Of a DNA stretch of 64,000 bases, positions 29,195 to 37,681 are shown piece after piece. The notes beneath the pieces are model-generated. The model saw only the letters and a program-made list of their open reading frames with translations. It ran no database searches and was not told the DNA's origin. A program made the translations under genes and the position numbers. Position 1 is the stretch's first letter. Every line of letters begins with the position of its first letter. Origin of the DNA: Acidimicrobiia bacterium (GTDB lineage: Bacteria; Actinomycetota; Acidimicrobiia; IMCC26256; PALSA-555). The stretch is taken from assembly GCA_038904515.1 (NCBI GenBank), contig JBCKKA010000001.1:3387-67386 (forward strand). The letters are read 5' to 3'.

Positions 29195-29785
29195 AGCAAT
29201 TACCCGTACTGCTCCCGCGGCGCGTAATACTCGGCCCGCGGCACTAAGAGTGGCGCCGGTGGTAGCGACATCGTCCACAATTAATACGGTGCCACTAACG
29301 GGCTGGCGGGTTGAGAAACTAGGAGATCTTCGTCGCGCCGCGGCCGATAACCCAGTTTGAGCGGGTCCGGGGTTGCGTCGTAATAACCCAATGACGGGAT
29401 AGCCCAAACGAGCGCCCACGGCCTGCGCCAATATCTGCGCGTGGTCAAAACCGCGCGCCCGCCGCCGCTCCCGCGTTGTGGGAGCCCAAGTAATTCGTAA
29501 TGGTCTGGCCACCGCGTCGAACGGGATCGTCGGCACACACGCGACCATTGCTTCGGCCAACCAACCGCTGGCCGAGTGGAGACCGCGATATTTGATCCGA
29601 GCAATTAATTCGCGCGCCGCTCCTTCGTAAGAAAATGGCGCCGCCCACGCGTCGACTGCGGTCGGTGATGGCGCCGCTACGGCTGATGGCAATGAAGCCG
29701 CGCAAGTCGAACAGATCGGCGCGCCGGATCGGCCACAGCCAGGACAACGCACCGGCCAGACCAGCGGAAGAATCGATGTGAGCAC
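29102..29785 (-). CDS. ComF-family phosphoribosyltransferase-like protein
   Basis: N-terminal Cys cluster CPGCG...CSTC. C-terminal PRTase motif VLIVDDVATTGATL. The last ~25 aa overlap the convergent DUF2079-like gene. Confidence 0.85.
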   Translation of the reverse strand: MLTSILPLVWPVRCPGCGRSGAPICSTCAASLPSAVAAPSPTAVDAWAAPFSYEGAARELIARIKYRGLHSASGWLAEAMVACVPTIPFDAVARPLRITWAPTTRERRRARGFDHAQILAQAVGARLGYPVIGLLRRNPGPAQTGLSAAARRRSPSFSTRQPVSGTVLIVDDVATTGATLSAAGRVLRAAGAVRVIALTAARTPARHDDSLFIKNGFKYTAGNQRIH

Positions 29786-29789
29786 ACCG

Positions 29790-29853
29790 AGAACCTACGA
29801 TCGACCTATGACGCGATCGACCTATGACGCGATCGACCTATGACGCGATCGAC
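29790..29853. repeat. 16-nt x4 tandem repeat between the ahcY stop and the comF-like start
   Basis: atcgacctatgacgcg at 29790-29805, 29806-29821 and 29822-29837, then atcgacctatgacggc at 29838-29853. Each repeat junction forms the palindrome CGATCG. Confidence 0.95.
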
Positions 29854-29881
29854 CTATGACGGCAACCCAATAACCGCATCG

Positions 29882-29899
29882 ACGCCCACAATCGGGCGT
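29882..29899 (-). terminator. Weak stem-loop 4 nt after the ahcY stop
   Basis: Minus strand reads ACGCCC-GAUUGU-GGGCGU. No U-tract follows. Confidence 0.25.
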
Positions 29900-29903
29900 T
29901 TCC

Positions 29904-31364
29904 TTAGTAGCGGTAAGTATCGGGTTTGTACGGCCCCTTGACCGGAATACCCAAGTACGCCGACTGTTCTTCAGTGAGTTCGGTGAGTTTCACACCCAGT
30001 TTCTCTAAGTGGAGTCGCGCGACTTCCTCATCGAGGTGTTTAGGTAATGTGTAAACCTTCGGCTCGTAAAATTCGCGGTGAGTAAAGATCTCGATTTGAG
30101 CCAACACCTGGTTGGTGAAGCTGTTCGACATCACGAAACTGGGGTGACCAGTTGCGCACCCGAGATTCAGCAATCGACCCTCGGCTAATACGATCACCGA
30201 GTGCGTGGGATTGCCGTCCTTGGCCGGAAATACCCACTCGTCGACTTGAGGCTTTATGGTGATGCGCTTTATGCCGTCGACCGACGCGAGTCCCGCCATA
30301 TCAATTTCGTTGTCAAAGTGACCAATATTTCCGACAATGACGTTGTGCTTCATGCGGCTCATATCTGCCGCGGTGATGATGTCCTTATTGCCAGTAGTGG
30401 TAATAAAGATGTCGGCGGTTTCGACAATATCGTTGAGCGTCAGTACTTGGTAACCCTCCATTGCGGCTTGTAGCGCGCAGATGGGATCGATTTCGGTGAT
30501 TATCACTCGAGCACCCTGACCCCGAAGGGACTGCGCCGAGCCCTTACCAACATCGCCGTAGCCCAGCACTACCGCAACCTTGCCCCCGATCATTACGTCA
30601 GTCGCGCGGCAGATTCCATCGACCAGCGAATGCCGACAACCGTAGAGGTTGTCGAACTTAGATTTAGTAACCGAATCGTTTACATTAATTGCTGGGAACA
30701 TCAGCGAACCCTGTTCTTGCATTTGGTACAAGCGATGCACGCCGGTGGTGGTCTCCTCGGTTACACCAAGTATTCCCTCGCCGATTTGGTGCCAGAAGCG
30801 ATTATCTTCACCGAGAATTCGGCGCAGCACACCCAGCACTACCGTCCACTCTTCTGAGTCGGCCGCAGTCGCGTCGGGAACTGCACCGGCGCGTTCAAAC
30901 TCGACTCCCTTATGCACCGCCATCGTGGCGTCGCCGCCATCGTCGAGAATCATGTTCGGACCCTCGTCGTCCGGCCAAGTAAGCGCTTGCTCAGTGCACC
31001 ACCAGTATTCCTCTAGGGTTTCACCTTTCCAGGCAAAAACCGGAATACCGGCTACCGCTATAGCGGCCGCGGCATGGTCTTGGGTTGAAAAAATATTGCA
31101 TGAAGCCCAGCGCACTTTGGCACCCAACGCAGTAAGAGTCTCGATCAACACCGCGGTCTGCACCGTCATGTGTAGCGAGCCCGTGATACGCGCGCCGGTT
31201 AGCGGTTTACTCGCACCAAAACGCTCGCGCATAGCCATGAGGCCGGGCATTTCGTGTTCGGCGAGCTCGATCTCTTTACGGCCAAACTCGGCCAGAGTGA
31301 GGTCGGCAACTTTGAAATCAGCTTTGCCGTCAGAGTGGGTAGGGGGATTGATGATCTGGGTCAT
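29904..31364 (-). CDS. ahcY: Adenosylhomocysteinase (SAH hydrolase)
   Basis: 486 aa. NAD-binding motif GYGDVGKG. Conserved N-terminal [28 protein letters not shown] and C-terminal PYKPDTYRY. Confidence 0.97.
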   Translation of the reverse strand: MTQIINPPTHSDGKADFKVADLTLAEFGRKEIELAEHEMPGLMAMRERFGASKPLTGARITGSLHMTVQTAVLIETLTALGAKVRWASCNIFSTQDHAAAAIAVAGIPVFAWKGETLEEYWWCTEQALTWPDDEGPNMILDDGGDATMAVHKGVEFERAGAVPDATAADSEEWTVVLGVLRRILGEDNRFWHQIGEGILGVTEETTTGVHRLYQMQEQGSLMFPAINVNDSVTKSKFDNLYGCRHSLVDGICRATDVMIGGKVAVVLGYGDVGKGSAQSLRGQGARVIITEIDPICALQAAMEGYQVLTLNDIVETADIFITTTGNKDIITAADMSRMKHNVIVGNIGHFDNEIDMAGLASVDGIKRITIKPQVDEWVFPAKDGNPTHSVIVLAEGRLLNLGCATGHPSFVMSNSFTNQVLAQIEIFTHREFYEPKVYTLPKHLDEEVARLHLEKLGVKLTELTEEQSAYLGIPVKGPYKPDTYRY

Positions 31365-31480
31365 ATTCGACTCCTGGTTAAGGGGAGATGGCGAGCCCAG
31401 CTCCCTCGTTTACCGCAAGTGCGGATGTAGCTCAGGAGTCGGCCCAGAACACTGGGTAACAGCCATTAGACCCGACCGTT
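31365..31480 (-). promoter_or_regulatory. Structured ahcY 5' leader with an anti-Shine-Dalgarno helix (candidate riboswitch or translational control element)
   Basis: Minus-strand GACUCCUG (plus coordinates 31433-31440) is perfectly complementary to CAGGAGUC (31369-31376), which contains the AGGAG Shine-Dalgarno 6 nt before the ATG. The helix encloses CCGC-ACUU-GCGG (31413-31424) and nested or pseudoknotted CGAG/CUCG and GGGAG/CUCCC pairings (31381-31408). A CCCAG-UGUU-CUGGG hairpin (31443-31456) lies upstream. A TAGCAT -10-like hexamer is at 31485-31490. Confidence 0.45.
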
Positions 31481-31488
31481 TTCCATGC

Positions 31489-31514
31489 TATCACGATCGG
31501 TTATCACGATCGGG
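31489..31514. repeat. 13-nt x2 tandem duplication at the putative ahcY promoter
   Basis: tatcacgatcggt at 31489-31501 and tatcacgatcggg at 31502-31514. Confidence 0.9.
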
Positions 31515-31571
31515 GCGAATCTACGACCAAGCGCGAGTCCAAAAATCCCCCGTCGATAGCCGCAGTCGTGC

Positions 31572-32615
31572 TTACTCGACGAACGGACCGAGACTTTCCT
31601 TTAATTGCGCGATGGCGTCGATGGGGCCAGGGTCGACATCGTTGTCTAAGGCCAAGTAACAACTTGTCCAAGTGCCGAGATACATCAGATCCAATAGTTG
31701 GGCGAGTCGGCCCTCACCCTGCGCCGATACTTCCACTACCTGCACAAAAACCTCTTCAACTAGAGCGGTAGACAACGCCATCTGTTCGGCTAACCGAGGG
31801 TGTTCGTAACCGTGCCGCACCTGCACCAGACTAAGAATTTGACGAGTTACGTCGCCGTGCTGACCCCAACCACAAATCTCGTTGTGATTTAACTCGGGGT
31901 AACGAGCCCAAAAGGCCGGCGCTTTGCCGTTTTCATTTATGTCATTCTTAAACCGACGCGCGGCCAAACCGCCAAGATCACCGCCGCCGTAGATCAGCGG
32001 AATAGTGCGACCAATGAGCCTCGCCAATTCGCGCGCCGGATTCTTCGATCCAGCTATAGCGGGAGCACATTGATCGCGACGTTGGCAGAGTTGCGCGTAG
32101 GCCTGCTTTAGGTCGGTGGTTACATCGGGACGCAAACCAAGACGAGCCAAAATAACGAGCAGCGGAACAACTAGTGACCCCAAAGCGGCGCGCGGCATCA
32201 ATCCCGGCGGGCACGGTACCAAAACGCCGCCCGCGTTAACAACCAGTTCGCCCAATGCACCCCCACACGAAACCGCTATTACTGGTGCACCGGCGGCAAT
32301 TGCGCCTTGCGTCATAGAGAGAGTCTCTTCGGTGTGACCCGAATACGACATCGCCAATACCAACGAACTTGGACTTAAATAATCAGGAGCGCGGTAACCC
32401 TGGACAACCGTTACCGGAACCGAATTGTTTCCCACCGCCACAACAACATCACCGGCTATACCCGAACCACCCATACCTAGAACCACCACGCTGGTTATAG
32501 GAGTGTTACTGCCAATCTCTTTTAGATCGACCTCGCGCGCCACTGCTTCGGCCGGAGCTAGTTGTTCAGGAAGCGCAGCAATTGCGTCAAGAAAGCCTAT
32601 GGAGTCGATGCTCAC
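31572..32615 (-). CDS. Bifunctional phosphoglucose/phosphomannose isomerase (SIS-domain family)
   Basis: 347 aa. SIS motifs VVLGMGGSGIAGD and AMSYSGHTEET. Sits between ahcY and phosphomannomutase, as in the mycobacterial Rv3255c-Rv3257c region. Confidence 0.8.
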   Translation of the reverse strand: MSIDSIGFLDAIAALPEQLAPAEAVAREVDLKEIGSNTPITSVVVLGMGGSGIAGDVVVAVGNNSVPVTVVQGYRAPDYLSPSSLVLAMSYSGHTEETLSMTQGAIAAGAPVIAVSCGGALGELVVNAGGVLVPCPPGLMPRAALGSLVVPLLVILARLGLRPDVTTDLKQAYAQLCQRRDQCAPAIAGSKNPARELARLIGRTIPLIYGGGDLGGLAARRFKNDINENGKAPAFWARYPELNHNEICGWGQHGDVTRQILSLVQVRHGYEHPRLAEQMALSTALVEEVFVQVVEVSAQGEGRLAQLLDLMYLGTWTSCYLALDNDVDPGPIDAIAQLKESLGPFVE

Positions 32616-32659
32616 AACTTTTTAACTCGCTATCGTCAAGAAAATTAACTAATGCGCGA

Positions 32660-32899
32660 TTATGAATCAGCGAATGTAAATTCTACACCATCACTATCGG
32701 CTTTGGCTAATAACCGTGTGTGTTCGGTTTCGTCAACCGTCTCGGATTCATCAATCAACATGATTGGAATATCGTCGCGCACAAAGTAGCGGCGTTTAAG
32801 CCGAGGGTTGTACAGAGACGACTCGGCCTCGAAATAAAGTAGCGGCCCTTTGTCTTCCGGACACGCCAAAATATCTAATAGTTGTGGGTCGAGAGCCAT
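32660..32899 (-). CDS. Trm112-like small protein
   Basis: 79 aa. LLDILACPEDKGPL...DIPIMLIDE matches the Trm112/DUF343 pattern. Confidence 0.8.
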   Translation of the reverse strand: MALDPQLLDILACPEDKGPLLYFEAESSLYNPRLKRRYFVRDDIPIMLIDESETVDETEHTRLLAKADSDGVEFTFADS

Positions 32900-32915
32900 G
32901 ACTAAAGGCTAATCG

Positions 32916-34307
32916 TCAGGACGACTCGAATAGCGACAAAATTTCTTCGGTATGCTGGGCGCAATCTTCGGCGTTGGCCGCTTCTAGGTTTAACCGCAGC
33001 AGCGGTTCAGTGTTGCTCGGTCGAAGGTTGAACCACCAGTCGCCTAAATCGACAGTCAAACCATCGACCCGATCTTGTTCGGCTTTGGGGTAAGCGGCCG
33101 CTACCGTTTCCAGCACGGCGGTCGGATCGCCAACTCGGCGATTGATTTCACCGGATGCCGAGTACCGCTCAAATGAAGTTCGCAATTCCGAAAGCGGAAG
33201 GTCTGAACGCGAGATGGCCTCCAGCACAACCAAAGCGGCAATCACTCCGGAATCGGCTCGGTAGTTGTCTCGGAAATAATAGTGACCAGAGTGTTCGCCA
33301 CCAAAAATCGCGCCCGTTTCAGCCATAACTTGTTTAATGAATGAATGGCCTACGCGCGTTCGTATTGGCGTTCCACCATTTTCCCGCACTATCTCGGGAA
33401 CCACTTTTGAACAGATGAGGTTATGAACAACCGTACGATCTTTTTTGCTGGCATTAGCCGGTAAGCGTTCGAGGATTGATTGAGCAACGATTGCGGTAGT
33501 TAGCGAACCGCTTACCGGATTGGATTGATCGTCAACTAGAAAGACGCGATCAGCATCACCGTCGAAAGCGAGTCCGACATCGGCGTTTTCGGATCGGATC
33601 GTCGACTGTAAATCGACCAAGTTCTCGGGTTGGATCGGATCGGCGGGATGGTTCGGAAAGGTTCCGTCGAGCTCAACAAAAAGAGTGGTCAAATTAAACG
33701 GCAACTCGGCGAACACCGCGGGGACGACCAAACCACCGATTCCGTTTGCCGTATCAGCAATTATTCGTAGTGGCGCGAGAGCACCAATATCAACGAACGA
33801 ATGTGCGTGCGCGACAAACTCAGGCAACAAATCACGATCTTCAACTCGCCCAAGACGAGATTTGGATTCTTGGTCAGTACCAGCACGCATCAATTCTTTT
33901 ATAGTCAGCAAACCCGTCTCTTCGCCGATAGGCGCGGCCCCCGCCCGACAACATTTAATTCCGTTGTATTCGGCCGGATTATGACTGGCGGTGAACACCA
34001 CTGCCGGCGAATCAAGAAATCCCGAAGCAAAATAAACCATGTCGGTAGAAGCAAGTCCGAGATTTATCACATCGACACCCACGTCGGTGACGCCTTCAAT
34101 AAATGCAGCAACGAGCGCTTCGCCCGATGGTCGTACATCGCGCGCGACTACAACCGAATTCGCTTTGGAGAAAGCCGCGAAGGCCGCACCGAAACTTCGG
34201 GCCACACTCTCATCGATTTGGTCGGGATAGATTCCGCGAATGTCGTAAGCCTTAAAAATGCTGTCGAGTGAATCTGGCGCGAGCGAAGATTTATTATTTG
34301 CCCTCAT
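32916..34307 (-). CDS. Phosphomannomutase/phosphoglucomutase
   Basis: Active-site loop TASHNPAEYNGIK, Mg loop FDGDADR and sugar loop GGEHSGH. Confidence 0.93.
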   Translation of the reverse strand: MRANNKSSLAPDSLDSIFKAYDIRGIYPDQIDESVARSFGAAFAAFSKANSVVVARDVRPSGEALVAAFIEGVTDVGVDVINLGLASTDMVYFASGFLDSPAVVFTASHNPAEYNGIKCCRAGAAPIGEETGLLTIKELMRAGTDQESKSRLGRVEDRDLLPEFVAHAHSFVDIGALAPLRIIADTANGIGGLVVPAVFAELPFNLTTLFVELDGTFPNHPADPIQPENLVDLQSTIRSENADVGLAFDGDADRVFLVDDQSNPVSGSLTTAIVAQSILERLPANASKKDRTVVHNLICSKVVPEIVRENGGTPIRTRVGHSFIKQVMAETGAIFGGEHSGHYYFRDNYRADSGVIAALVVLEAISRSDLPLSELRTSFERYSASGEINRRVGDPTAVLETVAAAYPKAEQDRVDGLTVDLGDWWFNLRPSNTEPLLRLNLEAANAEDCAQHTEEILSLFESS

Positions 34308-36727
34308 AAAGAAACGTTACGACCTAAACGCGTGACGGTGCGCAATCTCCGACGGGGCCACCAAACCAACAATACGAGACCGACTGCTCCCGCGAGGGTG
34401 CCCAATCGGCCCAACCACTCGGCCGTGGTAGTGCCAAAACTTAAGGTGACATGGCGTTTATCGGGCACCACCACCATGTAGTTGGGCGTGGCGCGGTAAG
34501 GACCCTTAGCGCCGTCTACTTCCCAATTCGGAAACCAAGACACTTTCACCATTATCGGAACTCCGGTGCGATCGACATCGAAAGAAATCGAATCTTCTCC
34601 GGCTTTGATATTGGTTACTTTGGCTGCAGACAGCGGTTTTTTCGGCAGCTGGCGCGCTCGTTCAGGACCAGCATGGGCCCAAGATGCATCACCGGTCTCA
34701 ACCAATGGTCGGTCTAGCGCGTCGGAGTCATCGAACCAGGGCACACCAACGCAATCAGTCCATTGGTGCACAGTGAGATCTCGTTTATCTAATCCGGTTC
34801 TCTTTAAGCGCGACAAACAACGATCCGCTTCGGCCTTGCTCGGTTTAGTGACAACAACCGGTTGGTTGGCCACCGTTTCGACTAACTCAGAATTTGCTAC
34901 CTGATAAATACTCCACCCCAACGGTGCCGCGCCGTCAAAGTCGGGCGAAGTGGTTACTAATTTGAGCCGCGTGTCGGAATTGGCTGCAGTCTTGCTGACG
35001 GAATCATGCAACGCGAGATAGCGAATCCCTAACACTTGTAACCAACGCACACCTAGAGCGAAGTCTGACTGGGTTCTATACTGAATCCCCCGCACCGCAC
35101 CCGAAGAATTCCCGCTGGCAGCAATCGCCGCCGTAGCCATGAAGTGGTACGGAGTAGTACCCGATGCCTCAAAGTACACACCCTCCATCGAACTAATCTT
35201 TCCGTCGGTCCAGTACGGCAACAGCATTAACACGAGCGGCGACCCGTAAACATTTAGTTGAGTGTTGCCTTCCCAGAGCAGTCGGCCGGGTGGCAATACT
35301 TTCACCGCATCAATAAACGAACGGTATTCCTCATACTGTTTCTTAGGTGTGGTTCCATCGCCGACCGAATCTTCCAGTCCTAGGTAATTCCAGCGGGCCC
35401 AGTGCGGGATAAACGACTTGCTTTGGTCAACGCCAATCAAAGTGCCGATTGTTAACAGCACCACCAACGCAGTAGGCACCGCTTTGGTCAGCCATCCGAC
35501 GGAAGAACTTGCATCACTGCGGTTCTGCCACCAAGGGATGACTCGGCTTTTAACGAGCGCGGTCAGTCCGATCACTATCTCGGCGGCACCGAGGGCCATA
35601 AGCAAGTAGAGACCCAAATACCAAAACGGTAAAAAGCGCAAGTTCCATACCGTGGTGGCTTGAATGTCTTCCCAGAACCTAAATAGCAAACCCATCGAAG
35701 CCGTAAGGGCCACCAGCACCAGAGTGGAGCGGCGCCGGCCCAAAACCCCGCCTATTAACGCGGCGCCAATCAGTATCGCTCCGCCCCATTCCCACGGCCA
35801 TAGGCCGTTAAACCCAAATAAATAATTTGGAAATAAATAATCGTTGTATTCCGTAATGGGCGTGTAGCGCATGTCGGTGGTGTACTTAATTACCGATACC
35901 AGAGGAACTAACCACACTGCGGTCAGTAAAGCCCCTACTCCCCCAATTGCTATTGCTCGACCAAACCACTTGACCGGCCGAAAAGTCAACCAAATAATCG
36001 CGGCACCACCAATAGCGAATATCGCCACTACGAGATGACTCATAACGGTGAGCGAGAAAAGTAATGCGGCTAGCGCCATTAAACGACCGGTTCTTAGCGC
36101 ATGAGCAAATGCCCCAAAGAAGGCCAGTGCTCCCGCCAGAGCCAAGGTGTACGAATACTCCCCCGCGAGCAGACTAGGCAGCGAACCCCCCGCAATGTGT
36201 TGATTGAACGCGATCGACTTAGCCAGAGTCGAAGTTCCCGGGTCACCAACGAAAAAAAGAAAAGCCGTTGCACCTAGAGCAAAAGTGGCAGGTGCGGGAT
36301 ACGGTAACCGTAATCCTTTAGCAAAACCAAACGCGGCCACCGGCAATAACAGCGCACCCGAGATTGTGCCCAACTTGAAAGCAATGTTGTAAGGAAGGAA
36401 AATATCAAATCCAATAATCGTGAGCGCGGGTACCGGAAAATAAAACTGTCCGGCGGGAAAGCCCCCGTAGAAATCAGGCGACCAACCCGATAATCGCCAC
36501 GGTAAGAGATGATCGCGTAAGTAAGCCGGCCACCAAACGTGCGCAGCAGTATCGCCACCGGTGGCCGTCGTATTGCGAAATATCAGTTCCGGTCCGAGCT
36601 GGATGAAAATAAAAACTACACAAGCAATTACTACAAATGCGGCCAAAACTGTTTCGACTCGAAACCGCGCCCAGAAAATCGCGTGAGCCCGGCTAGGGCT
36701 GGCTACCTGAGGGCTAGGAGTAGTCAT
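34304..36727 (-). CDS. Large polytopic membrane protein with a C-terminal extracytoplasmic domain (putative GT-C-like glycosyltransferase)
   Basis: 807 aa. Roughly 12 or more TM segments in the first ~430 aa, then a soluble domain and a terminal TM. The stop overlaps the phosphomannomutase start (ATGA). No family is confidently recognised. Confidence 0.45.
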   Translation of the reverse strand: MTTPSPQVASPSRAHAIFWARFRVETVLAAFVVIACVVFIFIQLGPELIFRNTTATGGDTAAHVWWPAYLRDHLLPWRLSGWSPDFYGGFPAGQFYFPVPALTIIGFDIFLPYNIAFKLGTISGALLLPVAAFGFAKGLRLPYPAPATFALGATAFLFFVGDPGTSTLAKSIAFNQHIAGGSLPSLLAGEYSYTLALAGALAFFGAFAHALRTGRLMALAALLFSLTVMSHLVVAIFAIGGAAIIWLTFRPVKWFGRAIAIGGVGALLTAVWLVPLVSVIKYTTDMRYTPITEYNDYLFPNYLFGFNGLWPWEWGGAILIGAALIGGVLGRRRSTLVLVALTASMGLLFRFWEDIQATTVWNLRFLPFWYLGLYLLMALGAAEIVIGLTALVKSRVIPWWQNRSDASSSVGWLTKAVPTALVVLLTIGTLIGVDQSKSFIPHWARWNYLGLEDSVGDGTTPKKQYEEYRSFIDAVKVLPPGRLLWEGNTQLNVYGSPLVLMLLPYWTDGKISSMEGVYFEASGTTPYHFMATAAIAASGNSSGAVRGIQYRTQSDFALGVRWLQVLGIRYLALHDSVSKTAANSDTRLKLVTTSPDFDGAAPLGWSIYQVANSELVETVANQPVVVTKPSKAEADRCLSRLKRTGLDKRDLTVHQWTDCVGVPWFDDSDALDRPLVETGDASWAHAGPERARQLPKKPLSAAKVTNIKAGEDSISFDVDRTGVPIMVKVSWFPNWEVDGAKGPYRATPNYMVVVPDKRHVTLSFGTTTAEWLGRLGTLAGAVGLVLLVWWPRRRLRTVTRLGRNVSL

Positions 36728-36779
36728 GGCCTACAGCCTGACTGATTCACGCGACTTTTAGGCATCACGGCAAATTGAT

Positions 36780-37529
36780 TTAAGAGCCCGAAATAATCAT
36801 GATCGAAGCCAGCAAGTTAAACCCAATATGAAGCCCGATCGACTGCGACAAAGCACCAGTCCGAACCGCTCGGTACCCACTTATTAAGCCGAGCAGCATA
36901 AATGCGGGCAAATAGTAATAAGTGCCAATATCGCCCAGTACATGGACCATGGCAAAAATTAATGCCGATACGGCAATAGCCCAAGGCGCACTCATCCGAC
37001 GCATAAGACTGCGCAAAAGAATGCCGCGAAATAGCAACTCTTCCGCTAAGGGGGCAAGAAAAACCACTCCTAATACAAACAGTGGGACCTCGAGACCTTG
37101 AGCCCGCTCAAACTGTTTGACTATTTCTTGTGACGATCCGCGCAATTCGGCTAAGTCGGTTATGGGGATAAGAATTACGCCGGCAACTAAAGACAGTACG
37201 AAGCCGATCGCAATCCAGCCCCCGTCGCGCAGTCGTAAGGCAAAACCAAAATCAAGCAGTAGCGATGCTCGGCCTTTTATTCGCGAGATCGCTACTAGGC
37301 AACCGATAATTCCCAGGTTCTGAGTGGTGATTCCTACGAGCAGAGTCGGTATTTTGAAATCCGCCGGAATACCGCTGGCGGGAACCTTGCCGACTGCGGC
37401 GGCTGTTGCCGCCATAAGCATGAACCCAGCCAGCGAACAGGCGAAACCGACCATCCACGCCACCGCGGCGTCGGGAATTCCCCACCGCACGGGCGATGAA
37501 ACGGGGGCTTTAGGAACTAGTAGCGGCAC
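36780..37529 (-). CDS. CPBP family intramembrane glutamic endopeptidase (CAAX protease-like)
   Basis: Motifs LAEELLFRG, FAMVH and HIGFN. Confidence 0.88.
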   Translation of the reverse strand: MPLLVPKAPVSSPVRWGIPDAAVAWMVGFACSLAGFMLMAATAAAVGKVPASGIPADFKIPTLLVGITTQNLGIIGCLVAISRIKGRASLLLDFGFALRLRDGGWIAIGFVLSLVAGVILIPITDLAELRGSSQEIVKQFERAQGLEVPLFVLGVVFLAPLAEELLFRGILLRSLMRRMSAPWAIAVSALIFAMVHVLGDIGTYYYLPAFMLLGLISGYRAVRTGALSQSIGLHIGFNLLASIMIISGS

Positions 37530-37681
37530 CCAATAACGGTAGTGGGGCTAACGGTGAGATCGGGGCGCGAGCGAAGTCCGCTCATCGTTATCGGGTGTTT
37601 CCCCGACATAACTCAAGGGGGCGCAAAGCCGTACCATTACAAGACAGAGACGCACGCGGCGTCTCCCGTCAAGGAGTATTG

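Noticed and set aside
29790-29853. CRISPR array interpretation of the tandem repeats (also 16413-16451, 45149-45189 and 63491-63525)
   Set aside because: The units are 7-16 nt and directly abutting, with no unique spacers. No cas genes are present. These are simple tandem duplications.
30649-31659. 336-aa plus-strand ORF antisense to ahcY
   Set aside because: This is a shadow ORF opposite a highly conserved gene. Its sequence is Ser/Pro/Ala/Arg-rich with no recognisable domain. The same reasoning applies to the antisense ORFs inside smc (5816-6256, 6569-7069), ftsH (38185-39009) and the large GT2 gene.
35300-35420. STT3/AglB-like WWDYG motif in the 807-aa membrane protein (HWARWNYLG)
   Set aside because: The resemblance is limited to a few aromatic residues. 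Without an alignment or the other oligosaccharyltransferase motifs it is not evidence.
37595-37681. Upstream start for ftsH at 37595
   Set aside because: There is no Shine-Dalgarno sequence, and the extra 29 aa are Arg-rich and look non-coding. The ATG at 37682 has a consensus AAGGAG at proper spacing.
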